From Podarcis pityusensis (taxonomy: Eukaryota), in assembly GCA_964106645.2 (NCBI GenBank), contig OZ067052.1: a stretch of DNA of 64,000 nt. One strand, 5' to 3'. The position numbers were made by a program, and so were the translations under genes. The notes under the pieces are model-generated. The model was not told the origin of the DNA. It did no database searches and saw only the letters and a list, made by a program, of their open reading frames with translations. Below are positions 54,431 to 64,000 of the stretch, one piece after another. Position 1 is the stretch's first letter, and every line of letters begins with the position of its first letter.

Positions 54431-56712
54431 CCCTGACCTTGGTGGATGCAGAGAAAGCATTTGATAATGTTTCGTGGGTATTCATGCAAAAAACTTTGGA
54501 AATTATGAGTTTGGGCAAGAAAATATGTAGTAGTATAAAAGTGATTTATAATTCCCAAAAGGCCAGACTATCAGTGGTGAAACATCAGAAGCTTTTAGTA
54601 TCTCTAAGGGAACAAGACAGGGCTGCCCTCTTTCTCCTCTCCTCTTTTTTACTGGAAGTATATTTGAAAGCAATAAGAGAAGACCCTAGAATAGAAGGAA
54701 TTAAATTGGGACAAAGGGCCTCTAAGGTAAGAGCCTTCGCAGACAATCTAATAATTACAACAGGAAACCAGAGAGTATTGTAGCAATATTGGGAGAAACA
54801 AAGGAATTTGGACAATTATCAGGATTTAAAGTTAATAAAGGAAAAACAAAACTCTTGGTAAAAAAAAATGTAGATATACAAGAAAAAGTAAAGTTAGAAA
54901 TAGAAACAGGACTTAAAATCACCAACAGAGCAAAGTATTTAGGATTTTGGATAACCATGAAAAACATTAAATTAAGAAAGACTTAGAAATCTGGAGCAAA
55001 TTAAAACTCACATTGTGTGAAAGAATTTCTACAATCAAGATGGTAGTTTTACCAAAAATACTGTTCCTTTTTCAATCAATTCCAGTTCATAATGACTTAA
55101 ATTATTTTAAGGAATGGCACAGGTATTTGGTGAAATACATTTGGCAGGACAAAAAACCTAGAATTAAATTTAAATTATTAACAGACACCAAAGACAGAGG
55201 AGGGTTTTGAATGCCAGATTTTAGGATCTACTACGAAGCTGCCTGCCTGGTCTGGCTCAAGGAATGGATGATCTTCAAGAATACCAAATTATTGGATATT
55301 GAGGGCTGGGATAATATAGTGGGGTGGCACGGATGCCTGGGTTATAATAAAGTAAAAATTAACAAAGGATTCCTAAATCACATTATTAGGAAAGCCTTAC
55401 ATGAAGTTTGGGAAAAGAACAAAAAATTATTAGAACCAAAAACTCCATGATGGTTGTAACCAATGGAGGTAGAGGCAGTAAAAAGAAAACATATGGATTC
55501 AAATTGGTTGACATATAAAGATCTTTTAGAGGAAGTAAATAATAGATTACAAATGAAAAAATATGAAACAAGAAGACATATAGGAATAGGCTGGTTACAA
55601 TACCATCAATTAAATGCAGTTTTTGAGGAAGACAAGAAAGTAAAAGGATTTGATAAGAAATTATCTGAATTATCTGAAGAATTGATTATAAATGATGATA
55701 AAAAATTGATCCAGAATGTATAAACTATTATTAAATTGGCATTAAGAGACGAAGAGGTTAAAGATGTCATGGGCGAATGGGCACAAGATTTTGGTTATAC
55801 AGTTGAATTAGAAAAATGGGGAAATTTATGGGAAAGAGACATAAGATTTACGACATGTTATACAATAAAAGAATTTTTTTTAAAAAAAAATGATGTACAG
55901 ATGGTATCTTACACCCTCAAAATTGGCTAAAATGTACCAAAACACTAGTGGAAAGTGTTGGAGGTGCAAACTTAAAGAAGGGAATTTCTTCCATATGTGG
56001 TGGACATTCCCCTAAAATTAAAAATTTTGGGAATACCATTTATGAAGAATTAAAGAAAATGTTAAGACATACTTTCCCCAAGAAAACCGGAAATGTTTTT
56101 ATTGGGCCTATTAACAACAGACATCCCAAAAGAAACCAAAGGAATATTTTTGTGTGCAGTAACGGCGGCCAGGATAATAATTGCTAAACATTGGAAAGTA
56201 ACATAACACCGACAAAAGAAGAATGGGTTCTTAAGCTGTCAGAATATCTTGAGCTGGCCAAACTTCCAGGTTTAATAAGAAATTTATTCTAATGAGAAAA
56301 TAAGGAGAGAGTGGGAAGTCTTTATAAATTATATAAAGAGAACTGATTCCCAGATTCATACTTGGTTTAGCTTAGAATAAAAATCTCACAGGTACCGATA
56401 ATTAGAATATTTCTCCAAAAATTTAATCATTACAGACAACCAGTGATTTGAGGAATAAAGATCCACATGGAGTTAGTTGAAAGTCAATTTTTCTTCTTCT
56501 TCTTCTTGATATTATTTTTTGTTCTTCTTTTTCCTTTTTTAGGAGAATATAATGTTTTATATTTTTGATTGTAGTTTATGTTATTATGTTTACATCCTTG
56601 TAATTTTGTTTTTGTATCTTCTGTTTTTGTATTATTTGTTCATTTTATTCAATGATTGTTTGTATGATGGATAAGTATTTTTAAAAATTAATGTTTTTTT
56701 TTTAAAAAAAGA
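54431..56712 (+). mobile_element. 5'-truncated L1-clade LINE (ORF2 RT and C-terminus, frameshifted)
   Basis: VDAEKAFDNVSW, AFADNL (decayed YADD-type motif), KYLG, IKMVVLPKILFLFQSIP, CWRCK..H zinc knuckle. 21-bp TSD gagaatgggccttttctgcag at 54410-54430 and 56713-56733. Confidence 0.93.
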
Positions 56713-56900
56713 GAGAATGGGCCTTTTCTGCAGTGGCTCCTCATTTATGGAATACTCTCCCCAGGAAACGTAGCCTGGTCCCTTCATTATACACCTTTAG
56801 GCACCTGGCGAAAAAGTTCCTCTTCAACCAGGCCTTTAGTTGACCAGCATTCTATGTCCTTTAAAATGCATTTGTAGGAGAGATAGTTTAGGCACTTAAA
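56713..56900 (+). mobile_element. L2 3' fragment split by the L1; left half at ~54350-54430
   Basis: Rejoined sequence reads ATREWAFSAVAPHLWNTLPRKRSLVPSLYTFRHLAKKFLFNQAF, a typical L2 ORF2 end. Confidence 0.75.
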
Positions 56901-57938
56901 CTCATGCAGAATATAGCAACTAATACTGTGAACTTGTATGACTTAAAGATCTTCACTGGCTACTACTTTTGAGCAAAGTTCTGTCTGAGCATTCAGATCT
57001 TCATCAGAGCCCCTGCTCTGCCTGCCCCACTTTTAAAAATTGGTGAGTGGCTTTGAGGGAGAATGCCTTTTCTGTGGTGGCCCCTCATTTGAGGAAATCC
57101 CTATATCTACCTGCTAGGCACCGACTTCGTATTGCTTTTTTCACCCTGGAATTTAGTGGTATTTAAAGATTTTGACCACACTTGCTGTTAGGTTTAGTAG
57201 TGTTTATATGTTTTATTATTTTCTGTTGATATGGCATTAACTGATCCCATGAGCTGCTTTAACGAAATCTTCCTAGAAATTTTCAGAGCAAAAAGTCAGT
57301 TCTTGGTTTTTGTGTTTTGGAGGTATGGGGAGGGCTGTGTTTGCTTTTGCCTTTCACAGTCTGCTTGTGGTGGTGCATGAAGGCTCCCCATTTATTGATG
57401 GCGGTTGTCTGGCTGTTGTCCTCACTGTGGTTTCCCACCAGAGGTGTCTCCACTTATCAGAAGTGGGCAGCTAACAGAGGCCTGTGTGAACTGGGCTTAT
57501 TGGCTACTTCACAGCAGCAGGAAGTGTGGGAGACCTGCAGGCATTTTCCTAGGGTGGACAGTGCAGAAAGGCCCTTGCGTTTCACAGTGGTGTGGTTTCC
57601 TATGCCACAAGATAAACAGGGTGCCTGAAGCAGCTGACTGTGTGTTCACAACTCAGCTGACTTCAGGGCAGCTGCAGCACCGGTTTTCACTGGCTAAAAA
57701 ACAGCTTCTTAAGAAGTCAGGCCTGTTGCAAACTGCTTCCTCTCCCAAGTGGACAGCTCTACCTTTTACACACAGTGAGATGATGATATTAAGCTGGGCC
57801 AGGAGGGAGTTTGTCATACTTTTTTTGGTTACAGCTTCTGATGCCCAGTCAGCCTTGTTACTTAGTAGAAATTAACCAGCTCTTGTCACATAGAGGTTTC
57901 TTCAGTCCTTGCAGATACAAAGCCTTCTGCTGAAAAGT

Positions 57939-58088
57939 TTCCAGCGGGGTAGCTGTGCGGAATCTCTGTTGCAGCATAAACAACCAAGAGGCTTGTGGCA
58001 CCGTAAGGGCTAACAGATTTATTATGGCATAAGCGAAATCTGTTAGTCTTTAAGGTGCTGCAAGGCTCGTTGCTGTTTATGCTGACAA
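57939..58088. mobile_element. Penelope-like inverted terminal repeat remnant
   Basis: 49-nt arms at 57972-58020 and 58036-58084, 40/49 complementary, containing tgttagtctttaaggtgc. Confidence 0.65.
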
Positions 58089-61000
58089 GGACCCTCATGA
58101 GTTTTAGTTTACACTCACAGTGTTGAGGCTGCTTATTTGCAGCCAGCCTTAGACTTCTTTATGTAAACTTGCAGGTATGCTTGACTGCAGTTGCAAAATG
58201 AGTCCCCCTTCCCCAAATTTCCTTGTAAGCTGAGAATTTCCATGTTAATTTTCAGCTGTAATTGCAGTTTTCCTGCCTGTTTACATTATGTGATATTGGA
58301 AACTTGGCAGGCAGCAAGATGCTTTAATTGAAATGGTGTTATTAATGTTTGCTTTTAGTTCACTTCATGAGCAGTAACAAGCTTGCTGGGACCTTCAAGT
58401 TGTCAAAAAATATTAAAGACCTTCTGTCTCTAAAGCCTTTGTTTTTTTTGTTTTTTATTCTCCCACTTTGTAAGTCGAAATTCACAATCTGCTCCGGAGA
58501 ATCACTAGTTCAGCTGCAGTCCCTTTAGATTTTGGCTCCTGTCGTTAATACAAGAAAACTTGTATAAACTTCGTGCTCCTCTGCCGCTAACAGGCTGGCA
58601 CTAAACCTGACTAATCGGATGTGACAGATCCACAATTGTGCAAAGGTACAGTTGCTCCAGTGAGCTTTGCACATTCACACATCAAGCTGAGAGGTCTGTG
58701 GTGATGGGTCTTGAAGGGAAGTGGGAATTAACCAGAATGGATGTGAGCTGGCAGGAGAAAAATATTCCGGAGCCTTTGTGACGACAAGAGCACAAAATAG
58801 GCCAGAAACACGTTTCTGTGGTGTGTGTATACCTACGTAATGACACGTTCTGTTCTTGCACAGTCATTGCCTCATTGATATTGGTGTGTTTTATGCCATC
58901 AGATTCAAATGACACCCTTGATTTAGGGCTTGCCAGGATGGGAGACTTCTATATATAAGAGCAGCATGTACTTGGCCTGTCTAGCCCAGTGTCGTCCTGT
59001 ACCACCAGATGACACAAAAGAGGCTTATAATTATTAGTTCGGTTTCTTTCATCATTCATAAATACGCGTCTGTGCTTTTTATATGACAGCTTATGAATGT
59101 GGCTGCTTCCCGCACAGCTAGCTTCATGCTGCGGTGCTAAAATAAGAGGAGCAGGCATCAGAAGTAACCCCCCCCAAAAAAAATGCATCTTGGGGTCAGT
59201 TACCTCTCTTTCAGAGGGTCTTGCCTAAGGTGATCTGGCAGTCCATAGTCTTCCATTGGGACCAGGGGGGATCGACACCTGAATACCCTTTCTAATCAGC
59301 ATGCCTGACACCGAAATTATTCTCCTCGGATGCGATATTTAGAGCGTTACCACCATTTCTAAACACAAGGATCAAGAGATCTGTAAGCAGTTAGTTTTAG
59401 TGAGGTGTAGTATAGCTTTCTGCCTCTGATAAGGCTGGATAAACGTGAACAGGGCTGTTACTATACAATACCCTGATTCTTGGCAAACTCTAGTCTAATC
59501 TCATGCACAGTTTGGAGTGGCAAAAGCATTCAGGCATATTGTGGAACCCCTCCCTCTTTAATCCAGGAGATTTCTCTTATAGCAGCTATTAAGGTTGTTG
59601 TTGTTTTTTACTTGCTCCAAGCAACCTGAACAGTAAAATCTAGGAAACCTGTCTTAACACTGGCACTTAGTTTTGCTGAATTGTTTGTCCTGTGTCGTGT
59701 CTGCTGACTGAATTAAGTTGTCTATGCCTTTGGCTGCTGCTTAACCAGCCCGGCTGTTAACGGATAACTTGATTCTTGTTGTGATGCGGGTGGTAGCGTG
59801 GTGCCAGCCGCAAAACTTTTGTTGCTGTCTTCGTGTTCCAGGAAACAGCCTGCCCAGCATAACACACAGCTCCATTGCTGAGTTAGCAGCTATAGGGCTT
59901 AAGAGAAAGCATTGCCTCAGAGGAGCAGGGAAACATGGAAGCTCACCCTCTCATTTTACAGCTGTGCTTCTTAAAATACTAAGACCTGCTTATACAGGAG
60001 GTGCTGTCCTGAACCTGTTTTTCTTCTGTGCTTGATTGTCAAATCCAATCTAGCAAGCGGGGCTTGACACGGTTTACCGTATTTGTTGCAGTCATCACCA
60101 TGGGGCTGGTGTATCTTGGCTTCGTTCCCTGGTCTGATGACAGCAGCGCAAGGAGCTTTCCCCCAGAGATGTCTCCACATGTACAGGCTTGCAACTCTTA
60201 ATCCAGATGAAGGCAGAGGCCACCCTTCATATCTTAAGGGAGAGGGGGGAGACGCCTGCCTGCATGCATGCTCTTCCCAGCGCAGGTTCCTTTTAGAGGC
60301 TAAGCTATGGCCAGTGCAGGCAACACCACACAAAACCCTGTGTCCTGAATGTAGTTGTAGCTGGAAGTGTCAGCTAGACGTCCTGTGGTAAAACAAACAG
60401 CGGCGCTCCCGTAACCCGGCTGTGGGATCAGGGTTGCCTCTGAAATGTTCTTGTCTCCTGCAGTTGGCAGATTGCAAAACTGCCTTCTGTTAGACATGGA
60501 AGTTGCTTTGGTTAGTCTTTCAGTGTCTCAGTATAGGAAACAAACAAAAGTCATTTCTGGGTCCAAGGGAAGTCATGGTATGGACGTTATTGTGCTATCT
60601 GGCCGAGACACCAGTGTCTTTAATCTACTGTTGTTAGCTGGGTCCTGTGAGACTGTACCTACTCTCACCCCTGAGCATTTGCTGGTGCTGGTGGAGATGA
60701 CATGTGGAGATGAGCAGGTTCCCTGCATATGTTTCAAAGGGAGTTGTGGCACTGCCTATCCTAGGGAGGTAGCCACCAGCTATAGGAGCCTGAACAGATG
60801 CAAGGTCTTCTGCAAGGTGATTTTCAAAACCCCTTTAAACCTGGGTGGGTTTTTAAGCAACTGCAACAAGAAGAAAACTGATTTACCATATTGAAATCAG
60901 TAACGATATCAAAGCATTTAACATCCTGCACGTAAGCAAAGATGAAAGTAGCTCCATCATAAGGCAGAATCTGAAGTACTTTCACTTGCATCAAAATCTG

Positions 61001-62046
61001 TTGCCAGAGCAGCCCAACAGGTATTTCTGGGGTTGACGCAACACACAAATGTCTGGGTAAAACACATAGAGTTTCATTTGACCTGAGAAAGTTCCCTTCA
61101 ATCAGGTGCAGAGTTGCTCTGGATTTTTGCTTCCACACCTTGCAGAATCAACCTTCAGTGCTGCCTTGTGGAGCCAATTTGTCATCAGGTTCATATGTGA
61201 AATCGGGGGGGGGGGGGCGCAGATGCACAAAGTTGATGCAAATTATTATTTTTTCCCCTTTATTTTTTTGCTGACATCATTTAAGATTTTTTTGGGTGTC
61301 ATTTTTTTAAAAAACACACACCAAGGCTCCATTTTAGAGGTCGCCGAATGTGTTTCTCCAAGGGGGGGGGGTCACAGAGAACATGCTCCCCTCACCCCAG
61401 AATTGGAGCCCTATCCAAGATATGTTCCCATGTATTTTTTAGGTATCAGTGCAATCTCCTAGAGAAACGGGAACTTGGCCCAACCTCAGCAGTTCAGCAA
61501 TTAGCTAATTTTGAAGCTGATCCCCTGAGACAGATTTCTTGATGGAATTCAGGAACAGCTGCTTAAGTGTCTGGGAATTAGTCAAGAGCAGCAAGGTCAC
61601 TCATCAGCTGGCTGGGAGGCCTCTTTATTGGAAGAGCAGGGCACCTGGGGCACAGCATTCTGGGAACATCTCCTCCGCAAGGCCCAAATGGGCAAGAGCA
61701 CCTAAGCCTGTTCATGGGGGTTGCACAGGAGAGTTCCTACTCAATTGTGCCCTAGTCCGTAGCCCCTGAGAGGAAGCAGCGCAGCTCTCTAGCTAGCTAG
61801 TAATCCTGAGCTGGTATGAAGTTGCTGGACCTTTTCATTGCTGTGACAAATGCTCATGGGAGGTGGTTGTTTTCTGGAAGGTAGCTGCCACAGAGAAGCA
61901 CCAGAGAATGGAGAGAGGGTTGTCTGTCAGTAGTTTAACTTATGCTACCTGCCTAAGAGTAGGGTGGGGGATTTCTCCTGAGTTAGTGTTCCTGTTTTCA
62001 CCAGGAAAAGATGGCCCTGTAAGAAAAGACCAACTCTCACTGTTCG

Positions 62047-62049
<3 letters not shown>

Positions 62050-62091
<42 letters not shown>
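62050..62091. repeat. (TC)n microsatellite
   Basis: Pure TC run about 240 bp upstream of exon 10. Confidence 0.95.
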
Positions 62092-62095
<4 letters not shown>

Positions 62096-62329
62096 GTGTC
62101 TTGCCAGCTCTGCTCTTGACATTTTATCAAGCAGCATCATGGTTTGTAGCACTCTGGTTGTATTCAATCAACAGATTGCCTCTACTGTGTTTTCGGATGC
62201 TGCTCAGTATCATAATTGTCTCTCACTTGACAGAGATTTCAAATGTCATAGAGTCTTTGCATACAAGTGCCACTAAGTAGATATTGTATGTTTGTGGTTC
62301 TCCTCACCCTCCTTTTCTTAATGCATTAG

Positions 62330-62558
62330 GTGAATGGCTGCCTGTTGGATCCCATCCCCCCAATGATGGGGAGGAAAGGATGCCAGTCCCTGCCAAGCAG
62401 TATGATGGAGACTTCCATTGATGAAGGGATAGAGACAGAGGGAGAGTCGGAAGAGGATCCTGCTCAAGCGTTTGCAGCCCTGCAAGCCACTCGCTGTGGG
62501 AAGAGGCGTCACACTCTGGCAGAAGTAACCAATCAACTGGTTGTCATGCCGGGCACAG
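62330..62558 (+). CDS. SIK2: SIK2 coding exon 10 (RRHTL motif, human T484)
   Basis: cattag|GTG...ACAG|gtaagt, 229 nt. [76 protein letters not shown]. Confidence 0.97.
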
Positions 62559-62839
62559 GTAAGTAAGTGGTCCAGGCTGGAGCCTAGGAAGTTGGAGTGA
62601 TGCCACAGCTCAGCTGGTTCATCCCCAGCCTGGTACCCTCCAGATGTTTTGGGCTTCAGCTCCCATCCAAACAGGTCCCGTGCTGCCTGGGGCTAATGGG
62701 AGTTGTAGTCAAAAATATCTGAAGGGCACCAAGTTGGCTGGCTGGTTGGGCTGGTCCAGTCCTGCCCTAGGTCAGGATAGTATTCCTTATGTGAATCCAC
62801 CTAATTCCAACTGTGGTATGTTGTAGACTGAGAGCAGGT

Positions 62840-63138
62840 GCACATGGAAGAGGGGAAAAGCTTGTTTTCTCCTGCTCTGGAGGGTGGGACTCAAACCAAT
62901 GGCTTCAAGTTGCAAGAAATGAGTTTCTGGCTAAACATCGGGAAGAACTTTCTGACAGTAAGAGCTGTTTGACAGTGGAACAGTTTCCCCCAGGAGGTGG
63001 TGGACTCTTCGTTCCTTGGAGGTTTTTAAGCAGAGGTTGGATGGCCATCTGTTATGGATGCTTTAGCTGAGATTCCAGCATTGCAGGGGGTTGGACTAGA
63101 TGACCCTCAGGGTCCCTTCCAACTCTGATTCTATGATT
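62840..63138 (+). mobile_element. CR1 LINE 3' end
   Basis: ggaagaactttctgacagtaagagctgtt...ggttggactagatgaccctcagggtcccttccaactc and terminal gattctatgatt motif. Confidence 0.88.
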
Positions 63139-64000
63139 TTAAGGGGCCTGTGGTGGACTTCCAGGAAGAGAGAAGTTTGGTTATACACTGAAGGCAACTT
63201 GAGGCAGAGGGTGGGGGGATTTTGAGGTCTTGGCCTAATTTTCATGCCTCACTGAATTTAGCAGCCAACAAAGACAAGCCCTGTGTGCACGGGGGGGGGG
63301 GGGGGTGCAGTTATTACCTTGGAGCCAACAATGAATTTGCTTTGTAGGAAGATAAGAATGATAAATGTACAGATGGTTTCTGCTTGTTTTGCCAAGCAAT
63401 CTCATGACAGTGTTCAAAGGCTGGGAAGAGCAAACAGTGTCAGCTAAGGAGCCACCAGTTAGTGAATGTTTCATAGCACTGGGAGCCAGTGGTATAGCCC
63501 CCAGGAGAACATCTCTCCATCATTCCTGTGCAAATGGGAGGAGGCTGCTCTTCCACCATCACTTGAGAACTTATCGGTGCTTGTTCAGTAACTGCGGTGT
63601 GTGTGTGGAATTCCTCCACCCTCAAATCTGCTTTAAAAAATCACAGTGGTGACGCAGCAAGAATCATTCTGCCAAAATTGCTGTTGAGCAAACAGCATCT
63701 GTGGAGACACCAAGAGGGTCATAATGTAAACCAGTATACAGGAGAGTTTCATTGTAATGTTTAGAGCATCGACCTTCAGATGCCCTTGCTACGTTCCAGC
63801 CTCGCCACGTACACAGTGTGTGTATATATTGCGATAAGCAAGGCTGGAATCGCAGAGAAGCAACTGCCTGGCAAATGCCCCTTGTGACTTCATGCGAAAG
63901 TGTTTGCATGATTTTTTCCCTCTAAACGTGAGAAGGTTGTGTGTGCTCCTTTCCAAATATGTGTCATATCTGTTCACAATTGCTGTAGTAGAAAAGCAGT

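Noticed and set aside
54373-56187. Functional reverse transcriptase gene
   Set aside because: 5'-truncated, with multiple frameshifts and stops, and the catalytic DD reads DN.
57775-57846. Possible C/D box snoRNA (ATGATGA...CTGA)
   Set aside because: No terminal stem and no recognisable rRNA or snRNA antisense guide.

Overview
This is vertebrate genomic DNA from a squamate reptile, probably a lacertid lizard (inferred from Sauria SINEs and the L2, CR1 and MITE repertoire). The whole window lies inside one + strand gene, SIK2 (salt-inducible kinase 2, AMPK-related). Nine internal coding exons (numbered 2-10 by analogy with human SIK2) have canonical AG/GT boundaries and splice into one open frame. 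They run from the VAIK lysine through [11 protein letters not shown], the activation loop and APE, then the UBA domain and the PKA/14-3-3 motifs HRSSF, RRPST and RRHTL. Exon 1 and the 3' exons lie outside the window. The introns hold transposable elements: a degraded DIRS-like retrotransposon, a CR1 5' half, L1 and RTE-X-like insertions with target-site duplications, L2 and Penelope remnants, Sauria and 5S-derived SINEs, Tc1/mariner and hAT MITEs, and a probable solo LTR. Almost all ORFs in the supplied track are spurious. I found no evidence of a new multi-gene system. The best leads are a Tc1 remnant resembling teleost elements, the DIRS fossil, nested inverted repeats in intron 3, and TE or microsatellite sequence abutting splice signals. 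TE family names come from recalled motifs, not database searches.
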